Below, piece after piece: positions 37,580-46,153 of a stretch of 64,000 nt of DNA (the first letter of the stretch is position 1; the number at the start of each line of letters is the position of its first letter). Both the position numbers and the translations under genes were made by a program. Under the pieces are notes generated by a model, which was given only the letters and a program-made list of their open reading frames with translations, was not told the DNA's origin and made no database searches. The DNA is from Helicobacter cetorum (GTDB lineage Bacteria > Campylobacterota > Campylobacteria > Campylobacterales > UBA6016), in the NCBI GenBank assembly GCA_022729705.1, contig DZAX01000003.1:17214-81213 (forward strand). The letters are read 5' to 3'.

Positions 37580-38398
37580 TTACAATAACGTCTCCACAAG
37601 CTCCCTTGCGATTTTCTGATAATGCTCTTTGCACTCCTCGTCGGCGTGCGCCACAGGCGGCATACCCTCGTCGCTAAGCTCTCTTATTTGCATCAAAAAC
37701 GGGATTTGTCCTAATAGTTTTATACCGTAGGTTTTGGCTAGCACTTCTCCGCCGCCGCTTCCGAAGATGTCGTATCTGATTTTTGTATCTGGAGCCACAA
37801 AGTAGCTCATATTTTCTACTATTCCGGCAATCGGCACTTTAATATCCTGAAACATCCGTATCGCGCGGCTCACGTCGTCGGTTGCCACGGCTTGCGGGGT
37901 TGTCACCAAAATACCCGCTGATATTTTCATCTCCTGAGCAGTGGTAAGCTGAATATCGCCCGTGCCAGGGGGCATATCGATGACAAAAAAATCAAGCTCT
38001 CCCCACTCTACGTCTTCTATTAGCTGTACAAGAGCGTTTACGGCGACAGAGCTCCTCCATACTAGCGGGGTGTCTGGGGTTGGGGTTGTGATACCTACCG
38101 ACATTATTTTTATTCCGTAGTTTTCGCTTGGGATTATCTTGTCGTTTGCGCTCCATTTGAGCGTTTCATCCCTGATATTGAGTAGTCTTGGAATGTCGGG
38201 ACCGTAGACGTCGGCGTCCAGTATTCCTACTCTTTTGCCCATTTGAGCTAGAGCCACAGCTAGATTTGCGCTAACGGAGCTTTTGCCTACGCCGCCTTTG
38301 CCGCTTGTGACGGCTATGACGTGTTTGGCGAATGAGGCTCTATTGTTTGGAGACTCAAATGTTCCGTAGGTTATTGGTTTTTTAGGAGATTGATTCAT
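37580..38398 (-). CDS. Second Mrp/ParA-type P-loop ATPase (short form, no DUF59 domain)
   Basis: VTSGKGGVGKSSVSANLAVALAQMGKRVGILDADVYGPDIPRLL, DMPPGTGDIQLT, 272 aa. Confidence 0.8.
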   Translation of the reverse strand: MNQSPKKPITYGTFESPNNRASFAKHVIAVTSGKGGVGKSSVSANLAVALAQMGKRVGILDADVYGPDIPRLLNIRDETLKWSANDKIIPSENYGIKIMSVGITTPTPDTPLVWRSSVAVNALVQLIEDVEWGELDFFVIDMPPGTGDIQLTTAQEMKISAGILVTTPQAVATDDVSRAIRMFQDIKVPIAGIVENMSYFVAPDTKIRYDIFGSGGGEVLAKTYGIKLLGQIPFLMQIRELSDEGMPPVAHADEECKEHYQKIARELVETLL

Positions 38399-38777
38399 TT
38401 TTTGCCTCTTTTATTGCATTTTCTATTTTTCTTAGCGCGCGTTTTGCTTTTATTTGCCACTCTTCTATTGGGTCTGCGGCTTTTTGAAATCTCGCCGCCA
38501 ACTCGTCATATATCGCGATTCTGGTGCTAAAAAGCTCTTTTATAAGCTCCAAAGCCTCTCCCATACGCCCCTCTTGTTTTGCTATTTTTAGTATTTCGCC
38601 AAACATTTTATGATTATCCGTCAGCTTTACCTCAACTCCCAGCTTCTCGGCGACGCCTCTTAGTTCAAAGGAGGAGATATAAACGCCGCTATAATCCGCC
38701 CCTAAAAGTTCGTACAGATAAAAACCAAAGGAGTTTGAGATTAAATTTTTATTATTATCATTAGCAATATCCATCAC
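38382..38777 (-). CDS. Hypothetical helical protein coupled to the short Mrp ATPase
   Basis: 131-aa ORF overlapping the downstream ATPase gene by 17 nt. No family recognised. Confidence 0.45.
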   Translation of the reverse strand: MMDIANDNNKNLISNSFGFYLYELLGADYSGVYISSFELRGVAEKLGVEVKLTDNHKMFGEILKIAKQEGRMGEALELIKELFSTRIAIYDELAARFQKAADPIEEWQIKAKRALRKIENAIKEAKNESIS

Positions 38778-39046
38778 AAGCCTTTTTTACTTTAATTTTA
38801 GCGCTTTTACATGATTTTATCTTAACCAAAAAAATATGAAAATACAAATCAAAATACGTTTCCAAGCTTTAAGTTCAACAATCAAACGCTTTTTTGAAAC
38901 AGCGCCGCTCTTTTGTTTTCAAATAAAAAATCATAATAACTTAGGTTGGTAAAATTAAGACTTCATTAAGATAAGTTTACATAGAATTTGTTTCTTTGCA
39001 AAAAAAGCAAAACGAATGGTTACAAAGATTAAAAAAAGGAGCGTTT

Positions 39047-39967
39047 ATGAGGAAGTTACTGGTGTCACTGTGTCTATTTTCTTCAGTTGCAATCAATTCC
39101 CTTTTAGCGGATAATATTACCATCTCCGCCAAAGAAGCAAAAGAGTTGCTAGGCAAACCCGGAGTTGTTTTCGTAAGCGGCGATAACGCCGATGTTTACA
39201 ACTTAAATCACGTCGAGGGTTCTGTAAATATGGACGCTCACCACCTTCACCATTCAGATATTACGGGGGATATGCACTGTGCGCCGCTTTATATGTGTCC
39301 GGACGAAGCTGAGAAATTTATCGGCTCAAAGGGCATTGACAATAATACTATGGTCGTAGCCTACGACGACTTTAAAGGTCCAAACGCTTCGGGCGTATGG
39401 CACTATTTCAAAAGCTTTGGGCATGACAACGTAAGATTTGTAAACGGCGGCATAGCGCAACTTAGAGCGGAGGGCGTAAAAATAGTAAAAGGAACGGAGC
39501 CTAAAGCGACTCCAAAAACTTTTAAAATAGACCCAAAAAAAATCAATCATAAAATGTCCGTAGATAAACATGAAGTGCTTAAAGCGGTAAAAGATATTGA
39601 AATTAACGGGGATAAGTCCAAATACGTCATTATAGATTCAAGAAGAATTGAAGAGATTATAGGCGTTTCAAAATTGGACAACGTAGCTAGAGGCGGACAT
39701 ATTCCAAACGCAAAATTTATAGAGTGGACGCATTTTAGCGACGCTACAAAAAAATTCTCTTACAAAACGCCCGAAGAGATGCAGGCTATTCTTGATAAAA
39801 ACGGCGTAACAAAAGATAAAATAATTTATACATATTGTCATGTTGGAGCCGGAAGAAGCTCCTATATTATGACTGTACTTGAAAAATTAGGCTATAAAAA
39901 CGCAAAGGTCTATGTCGGTTCTTGGGATGAGTGGGGCAATGACTGGAATATGCCGATAAGACGATGA
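39047..39967 (+). CDS. Periplasmic tandem-rhodanese sulfurtransferase
   Basis: The ATG at 39047 follows AAGGAG. Signal peptide MRKLLVSLCLFSSVAINSLLA, two rhodanese-like halves and the active-site loop YCHVGAGRSS. Confidence 0.8.
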   Translation: MRKLLVSLCLFSSVAINSLLADNITISAKEAKELLGKPGVVFVSGDNADVYNLNHVEGSVNMDAHHLHHSDITGDMHCAPLYMCPDEAEKFIGSKGIDNNTMVVAYDDFKGPNASGVWHYFKSFGHDNVRFVNGGIAQLRAEGVKIVKGTEPKATPKTFKIDPKKINHKMSVDKHEVLKAVKDIEINGDKSKYVIIDSRRIEEIIGVSKLDNVARGGHIPNAKFIEWTHFSDATKKFSYKTPEEMQAILDKNGVTKDKIIYTYCHVGAGRSSYIMTVLEKLGYKNAKVYVGSWDEWGNDWNMPIRR

Positions 39968-39981
39968 GGGAGAAAGTAACA

Positions 39982-42861
39982 ATGGTAAAAACAAGAAGAG
40001 ATTTTTTAAAAGCATCGGGTCTAACAGCGGCGCTTGTAGCGGGGCAGGGTTCGCTATTTGCAAAAACAAACGTTATGAAAGTGGAAAACGCTAAAGAGGC
40101 GTATCCAAATGCAAGTTTTACAGAAAACCTGTACAGAAACGAGTTTAACTTTACATACGGCAAAAAAGAGGAGCACGGTTTTGCATACCACTGCGTAAAC
40201 TGTCAAGGTAACTGCGCATGGGAAATCTGGTCAAACAACGGCGTGGTGACAAGGGAAAACCAATCCGCAAGATATCCGGTAATTAGTCCAAGCACGCCGG
40301 ATTTTAACCCAAGAGGCTGTAATAAGGGCGTGGAACACTCTCAGGTAATGTATGAAAAAGATAGAGTTCTATACCCAATGAAAAGAGTGGGCGCAAGGGG
40401 CGAGGGCAAATGGAAAAGAGTTAGCTGGGATGAGGCGACTACGGAAATAGCTCAAAAACTTTACGACAATATGATAGACCCTAAAAAAGGACCGGGAAGT
40501 ATCACGGTACACGCCGGAACAGGGCTTTTGACTGAGGGCAGAAGAGGCGGGCCTCTTAGATTTTCAACGCAACTAGGAGCGGTAAGAATCTATCCGGCTT
40601 CATATCTTGGCGATATGTTCTCAGGAGCCGCTGTGGCGTACGGCGAGGGCAACATGGGCTGTACATATGATTTTATGTATACGGTAAACGTGGCTATTAT
40701 GTGGGGCGCAAACCCATCTGCGACAAGAATTCCAGATGCGCACTTTGTATGGGAAGGCAAGTATAACGGCGCAAAAATCGTTGTAATTACCCCTGAATTT
40801 AACGCCTCAGCTTCAAGAGCTCATCTATGGGTGCCTATCAAGCCGGGTACGGACAACTATCTTGCAATGAGCGTCATTAACGAGCTAATCAGCAAAAAAC
40901 TATATATGCCGCAAGCAATCAAAACATATACAGACCTGCCTTTTCTTGTGAGAATGGATAACAAAAAACTTCTTAGAAGATCTGATTTTGAACATGCTAA
41001 AGATGAAAAAGAGCATCACAAATTTGACGAACAATTTTATACGTGGAATACAAAAACCTCATCTGTAGCCCTAATGCCCGGTTCTGAGGGAAGCGACCTG
41101 AAAAGCCTAAGACTAAAAGACAAAGGGTATGATATAGATCCTGCAATCGAAGGGGTTTGGGATGTAAAACTTCTTGATGGCAAAACTATAAAAGTAACAA
41201 CCGTATTTGAAATGTTAAAAGCCGAAGCGGCTAAGTTTCCGGCCGAGAAAACCCAGAAATTGACAAGCGTTCACCCATCAATCGTAGAAGAGCTTGCAAG
41301 AGACATAGCTAAAGAAAAAGTAGTTGAAATAACAACGGGCTTCTCGCTAAACAAATACTTCAACGGTATCCTAAATATCTGGAATATCGCTTCAATTTGC
41401 GGTCTAACGGGTAGATATGGTCCAAGAGGCGGTCTAAACACAGAAAATGAGTTTCAGCTATCAGGTCTTGAAACGCTTTCCGGTCACGCAGGCAAATACC
41501 AAGCTAGATTTGGCTCGGGATTTTTTGGCGAATTTATGTTTGGCAACGGTATGAAAGACTTTGATAAGTACTTCACCGATGCGGATCTAAAAAGAAGCCA
41601 AGGTATCGAGAAAAAAGAGTATAAAGCGATAATAGAGCAGATGGTAAAAGATGGCAAAGCATACGCCGCCGATCCAAAAGACGCAAAAAGAGCAAAACCT
41701 TTTTGGATGCCTGAAATCGCACTTTTGGTCGCCGACTCTAGATTTAGAAGAAACAAGGGTGTGAGCTATAGAGAAGAGTTTTTGAAACTTACTAAATACT
41801 TTGCGTATGTAGACTATAGAATGAGTGAAACGGCAATATACGCCGACATTTTGCTTCCGGCAAAATCACACTATGAAGTATTTGACCTTAGAAGCTCTCC
41901 AGGATACCATAGATTTACAAACCTTGCGCATCCTATCGCAAATATGAAACCTGTAGGAGAAGCGAAAGACGAGTGGAGCATATTTGAGATACTATCCAAA
42001 AAGCTTGAAGAGATAGCAAAAAAAGGTCCTGTTCAAAAAGTAAAAGACCCGAAATTTACAAGAGACGGCGTAAGGGAACTTGATAAGTTTCATCTCGAGT
42101 ATACAAACCACGACGAAGAGTCGGAGGGCAACCTTGAGCCTTATCTTGGAACCGACAAAATGGCTATTGAGGCGGCTCTTGACAAGTGCGAGCAGTATGC
42201 GCCTTATACGATAGAAAAGATGAAAAAATCGGGCGGCTTCTTGGTTTTAAACGAAAAAGCGGCAAAAACTTCTCCTCTTTATGCGGATAGACCGTTTAAC
42301 TCATGGGAAGACCAGATGTTCAAATTTGAGAGATTTGAGACTATGAGCGGTAGACAGACGTTTTATGTTGACCATGAGATGTGGATAAAGCTAGGTGCGA
42401 CGGTCAATACGGCTAGAGAAAATATCGCCCCTGTGACAAAATCATTTCCGTTTACAATGCTAACGCCTCACGCTAGATGGTCGATTCACGCCAACTACAA
42501 AAACTCTAAGTTTCTTATGAGACTCCAAAGAGGGAAGCCATGGATAGCGATAAACGATAAAGTCGCAAAAATAAAAGGAATTAAAGACGGCGACGACGTA
42601 AGAGTCTATAACAATCTTGGTCAATTCTTTGCAATGGCGAAAGTATCACACTCTGCGCCGATGGATTCACTAGTTATAGAAGACGGCTGGGAGCCGAATA
42701 TGTTTCGGGGAATGAGAGGACCAAACGATGTGGTGCCTACGTCTCTAAACCTACTTGAAATGGCGGACAACTGGGGACATCTCAAATTTGGCGGTCTTTG
42801 GGACGGTAACCAATACGCATACGACGCAGCCGTAAACATCGAAAAAGCTAAAAAAGCTTAA
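39982..42861 (+). CDS. Tat-exported molybdopterin oxidoreductase catalytic subunit, NarG/SerA/EbdA (type II DMSOR) clade, substrate unknown
   Basis: The ATG at 39982 follows GGGAG. Twin-arginine TRRDFLKASG and FS0 motif HCVNCQGNCAW-x30-RGC (H-x3-C-x3-C-x34-C). 959 aa. Confidence 0.85.
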   Translation: MVKTRRDFLKASGLTAALVAGQGSLFAKTNVMKVENAKEAYPNASFTENLYRNEFNFTYGKKEEHGFAYHCVNCQGNCAWEIWSNNGVVTRENQSARYPVISPSTPDFNPRGCNKGVEHSQVMYEKDRVLYPMKRVGARGEGKWKRVSWDEATTEIAQKLYDNMIDPKKGPGSITVHAGTGLLTEGRRGGPLRFSTQLGAVRIYPASYLGDMFSGAAVAYGEGNMGCTYDFMYTVNVAIMWGANPSATRIPDAHFVWEGKYNGAKIVVITPEFNASASRAHLWVPIKPGTDNYLAMSVINELISKKLYMPQAIKTYTDLPFLVRMDNKKLLRRSDFEHAKDEKEHHKFDEQFYTWNTKTSSVALMPGSEGSDLKSLRLKDKGYDIDPAIEGVWDVKLLDGKTIKVTTVFEMLKAEAAKFPAEKTQKLTSVHPSIVEELARDIAKEKVVEITTGFSLNKYFNGILNIWNIASICGLTGRYGPRGGLNTENEFQLSGLETLSGHAGKYQARFGSGFFGEFMFGNGMKDFDKYFTDADLKRSQGIEKKEYKAIIEQMVKDGKAYAADPKDAKRAKPFWMPEIALLVADSRFRRNKGVSYREEFLKLTKYFAYVDYRMSETAIYADILLPAKSHYEVFDLRSSPGYHRFTNLAHPIANMKPVGEAKDEWSIFEILSKKLEEIAKKGPVQKVKDPKFTRDGVRELDKFHLEYTNHDEESEGNLEPYLGTDKMAIEAALDKCEQYAPYTIEKMKKSGGFLVLNEKAAKTSPLYADRPFNSWEDQMFKFERFETMSGRQTFYVDHEMWIKLGATVNTARENIAPVTKSFPFTMLTPHARWSIHANYKNSKFLMRLQRGKPWIAINDKVAKIKGIKDGDDVRVYNNLGQFFAMAKVSHSAPMDSLVIEDGWEPNMFRGMRGPNDVVPTSLNLLEMADNWGHLKFGGLWDGNQYAYDAAVNIEKAKKA

Positions 42862-42876
42862 GGGGAGAAATTATAA

Positions 42877-43962
42877 ATGTCAGAAATGAAAGCACCAAAA
42901 AGACAGCTTGCAATGGTTATGGATCTCAATAAATGTATCGGCTGTCAAACTTGTACCGTAGCTTGTAAAACGCAGTGGACAAATAGAAACGGAAGAGATT
43001 ATATGTATTGGAATAACGTCGAAACATTCCCAGGAGAGGGGTATCCAAAACAGTGGAGAACCTCGGGTGGGGGTTTTGACAAAGAGGGCAATCTAAAAGA
43101 GGGGGTAATTCCTGAAATAGAGACGGGCTACGGCACTCCGTGGGATTTTAACCACGAAGATTTGGCAAAAGGCGTAGAGTTTAAGTCAAACGTCGCTCCT
43201 ATTTGGGGACCAAACTGGGATGAAGACCAAGGTGCGGGTGATTTCCCATCTGATAACTACTTCTTTTATATCCCAAGAATCTGCAACCACTGCGACAATC
43301 CGGGGTGTCTAGCGTCTTGTCCAAGAGACGCGATATTTAAGAGAACTCAAGACGGCGTTGTGCTTGTAGACCAAGAGAGATGTCAAGGTTATAGATTTTG
43401 TATAGCGGGTTGCCCTTACAAAAAAATCTACTTTAACCCAAAAATCTCAAAATCAGAAAAATGTATTTTCTGCTTTCCTAGGGTCGAAAAAGGGCTTCCA
43501 CCGGCGTGCGCGCAACAGTGCGTGGGCAGGATTAGATTTGTGGGCTTTTTGGATGATGAAGAGGGGCAAGTATACAAATTGGTCAAAAAATATAAAGTAG
43601 CTCTTCCTCTAACGCCGGAGGCGAATACGGGACCAAACGTGTACTATGTGCCGCCTATTGCGGGACCGCTTAAGTTTGACGCAAACGGCAAACCGATAGA
43701 GGGAAGCGACAGGGTTCCACCCGAGCAGCTAGAGGCGCTGTTTGGCAAAGAAGTTCACGCCGCCATTAAGACGCTAAACGATGAAATGGAAAAAAGAAAA
43801 GTAACCGGAAAATCTGAGCTTCTTGACCTTTTAATTGCGTACAAACATGCGGATATGTTTAGACTAGACGCCGGTTATTACGCACATCACAATAATTCGC
43901 TAAAACCGATAGACCATAGATATGACGCGGGCAAATTTACATCATTTAAGGCGGTGCACTAA
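42877..43962 (+). CDS. NarH/SerB/EbdB-like four-cluster Fe-S subunit
   Basis: CIGCQTCTVACK, YMYWNNVETFPG, CNHCDNPGCLASCP, CQGYRFCIAGCPYKKIYFN, CIFCFPRVEKGLPPACAQQC. No signal peptide (Tat hitch-hiker expected). Confidence 0.85.
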   Translation: MSEMKAPKRQLAMVMDLNKCIGCQTCTVACKTQWTNRNGRDYMYWNNVETFPGEGYPKQWRTSGGGFDKEGNLKEGVIPEIETGYGTPWDFNHEDLAKGVEFKSNVAPIWGPNWDEDQGAGDFPSDNYFFYIPRICNHCDNPGCLASCPRDAIFKRTQDGVVLVDQERCQGYRFCIAGCPYKKIYFNPKISKSEKCIFCFPRVEKGLPPACAQQCVGRIRFVGFLDDEEGQVYKLVKKYKVALPLTPEANTGPNVYYVPPIAGPLKFDANGKPIEGSDRVPPEQLEALFGKEVHAAIKTLNDEMEKRKVTGKSELLDLLIAYKHADMFRLDAGYYAHHNNSLKPIDHRYDAGKFTSFKAVH

Positions 43963-45134
43963 TGAATAAAACTGTTAAACTACTGACGCTAACGGCGCTT
44001 GCAGGCGTTAGCCTCGCCGCCGCCGATTATATTGGCGCCGCTAAAACGGATAAAATAGACGCTTCAAAAATAAAGCTTGAAAGCGTAACGCTATATCCGC
44101 AAACAACTATCGGCAACAACGATAAAGAGACTACGGCAAAAACAAAAGGGTTAAAAGCTCTTGAGGCAAAAGCGGGAGTCGCTTTTAACGATAAAGAGAT
44201 GGTAGTGGTTGTAAAATATAAAGACGACACAAACTCCAAACAGAGCCTAAAAAGCGTCAAAGCTTTTGGAGATGCGGTGGCTATTCAGTTTCCAACATCT
44301 TGTATGGAGACCGATAAGCTTCCTTATATAGGCATGGGAAGCGAAGGAAGAGCGGTAAGCGTGCTATTGCAAAAAAATGTGGAAGCCTTGTACCCCTCTA
44401 GTCAAAGCACCGATGTGACCATGCAGCAGGCGAGACAAAATCTAAACCTATTCGGCGATGATTTGAAGAAAAAAGAGGCGGCTCAGAAAGTTTTTGGTAA
44501 TGCAAAATACAACAAAGTGTTTGTTTCCGAGGGCTTTAGGACAATGACAGAGGTCAAAGACGCCAAAAATTACGAAATGTCTATGAGCTACAAAAGCGGC
44601 GAGTGGACGGCGGTGTTTAAAAAACCGCTTAACGACGAATACTCAAAAGCATGTGACGCAACCCCTATGGCTATAGCTATATGGGACGGAGCCAAAGACG
44701 GTAGAAACGGAACCAAATGGCTGTCAAACTGGACGCCTATCAATATGACGGGTAGTGCAAAAGCAAAAGCGGACATAGCAAAAATCACAGAAAAATCAAA
44801 AGGCAACGCTGCTAACGGCAAAAAACTAGCGGCTGATAATTGCGCAGCGTGCCATACAATGGGCGACGCGAAAGCTCCAATGGAAAATATGGCTCCCGAG
44901 CTTTCAAATATTGGCGGATACTCTACGGCGGCGTACCTAAAAGAGTCTATGACGGCTCCTAATGCGGCTATAGTTTTGGGGCATAACAAAAATGCGCATC
45001 CGGCGACTCCTTGGTATAACATAGACGACAAGGGCGTTAAAACTTCAACCATGCCGGCTTTTGATTATCTAAAACCCGCTGAATTAGATGATATAGTGGC
45101 GTATCTACAAACTCTAAAGACGGGGGTAAAGTAA
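43962..45134 (+). CDS. Periplasmic heme subunit: EB_dh/SerC-like heme b domain fused to a C-terminal mono-heme c-type cytochrome
   Basis: Sec signal MNKTVKLLTLTALAGVSLAAA. FGDAVAIQFP...LPYIGMGSEG...DGRNGTKWLSNW resembles EB_dh. The C-terminal DNCAACHTMGD is a CxxCH heme c site. Confidence 0.7.
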   Translation: MNKTVKLLTLTALAGVSLAAADYIGAAKTDKIDASKIKLESVTLYPQTTIGNNDKETTAKTKGLKALEAKAGVAFNDKEMVVVVKYKDDTNSKQSLKSVKAFGDAVAIQFPTSCMETDKLPYIGMGSEGRAVSVLLQKNVEALYPSSQSTDVTMQQARQNLNLFGDDLKKKEAAQKVFGNAKYNKVFVSEGFRTMTEVKDAKNYEMSMSYKSGEWTAVFKKPLNDEYSKACDATPMAIAIWDGAKDGRNGTKWLSNWTPINMTGSAKAKADIAKITEKSKGNAANGKKLAADNCAACHTMGDAKAPMENMAPELSNIGGYSTAAYLKESMTAPNAAIVLGHNKNAHPATPWYNIDDKGVKTSTMPAFDYLKPAELDDIVAYLQTLKTGVK

Positions 45135-45135
45135 C

Positions 45136-45522
45136 ATGAAAAAGCTGTTCTTGTCATCAATATTTGCGGTTTTCGCCGCAACTTCTTCTTTTTGCGCCAC
45201 AGAAGTCAAAGATGCGGCGCCAATGGCGGGAGAGGTGGAGAAAAAGGGATTTTTGGTTACTGAAGAGTGCGTAAAAAAAGGCTATTTCAAAGATTGTAGG
45301 CTAGACACCACAGCTACAAGTCCGATGGCTTTATATGTTCACTCCGAGGGCACTATGTACAGACTTGATGCGGCGGGCATATCTATGCATGAACTAGACG
45401 AGGGTTTTGGTAAAAACAACATAACCGTCATAGGAAAGCTAGAAAAAGACAATACAATTAAAATCAGAGCCTACAAAGCTCCGCCTCCTGAGGGTAAATC
45501 CTTTTTTAAAGGTTGTTTATAA
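45136..45522 (+). CDS. Small periplasmic protein of the molybdoenzyme operon
   Basis: 128 aa, signal MKKLFLSSIFAVFAATSSFCA. The start is 1 nt after the upstream stop. No family recognised. Confidence 0.5.
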   Translation: MKKLFLSSIFAVFAATSSFCATEVKDAAPMAGEVEKKGFLVTEECVKKGYFKDCRLDTTATSPMALYVHSEGTMYRLDAAGISMHELDEGFGKNNITVIGKLEKDNTIKIRAYKAPPPEGKSFFKGCL

Positions 45523-45531
45523 TGCAACGTA

Positions 45532-45580
45532 GCCGCAAGAAACTTTGCCTCTTGCGGCAAATTTAATTTTTATTTTTTAT
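45532..45580 (+). terminator. Hairpin plus T-rich tract after the structural genes
   Basis: GCCGCAAGA-AACTTTGCC-TCTTGCGGC followed by AAATTTAATTTTTATTTTTT. Confidence 0.45.
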
Positions 45581-45598
45581 CCTCTAAGGTTTTTATCT

Positions 45599-46153
45599 AT
45601 GGACAACAAACAACGAGCTTTCATATACGCTTTTCTTTCAACGGTTTTTTCTGATAAACTCTCAAAAAAGAGCATTCAAGATTTGAAAGATAACCCTGAT
45701 TTTTTAGATTTAATTGGAGAAAATGCAAGAAAATTTTTTGATGATAACGACGTGGAGACGCTTGATGAAGAGCTAAATATAGACTTCACAAGCGCATTTT
45801 TGGCAAATTCACATCCGGCGGAGTCTTCTATCATGGATGCAAAATATCAAATATCGACCGGTCTTGAGAATCCGGTAATGAATTTTTATATAGGCAACGG
45901 TTTTGATATAAACCTCAATAATACAAATCTTCTCACCCCCGACCATATAGCGATAGAGCTTGGTTTTATGCAAAATCTAACGCTTGGAGAGGATGTCCAA
46001 ACGCAAAAAGAGTTTATGAAAAAACATATCCTAAAATGGATGGTACCATATTTTTTAGGAGCCAAAACGCTTGTGGAGACCCCTTTTTATCTTGACTTTT
46101 TGGATTTTGCGACAGAGTTTTTGCTTTCCGACTACGAGTCTTTGAGTGTCTAA
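45599..46153 (+). CDS. TorD/NarJ/DmsD-family redox-enzyme maturation chaperone
   Basis: Start at MDNKQRAFIYAFLSTVFS. NIDFTSAFL...HPAESS...FYIGNGFD...LTPDHIAIELGFMQNL...FMKKHILKWM is the family pattern. Confidence 0.75.
   Translation: MDNKQRAFIYAFLSTVFSDKLSKKSIQDLKDNPDFLDLIGENARKFFDDNDVETLDEELNIDFTSAFLANSHPAESSIMDAKYQISTGLENPVMNFYIGNGFDINLNNTNLLTPDHIAIELGFMQNLTLGEDVQTQKEFMKKHILKWMVPYFLGAKTLVETPFYLDFLDFATEFLLSDYESLSV

Noticed and set aside
38778-39046. Palindromes in the divergent promoter region upstream of the rhodanese gene (TTTGAAACA...TGTTTTCAAA, TTTGCAAAAAAAGCAAA).
   Set aside because: The spacing and sequence do not match any regulator consensus I can name (FNR/CRP-type TTGAT-N4-ATCAA is absent). 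They may be regulatory, but this is not supportable from sequence alone.
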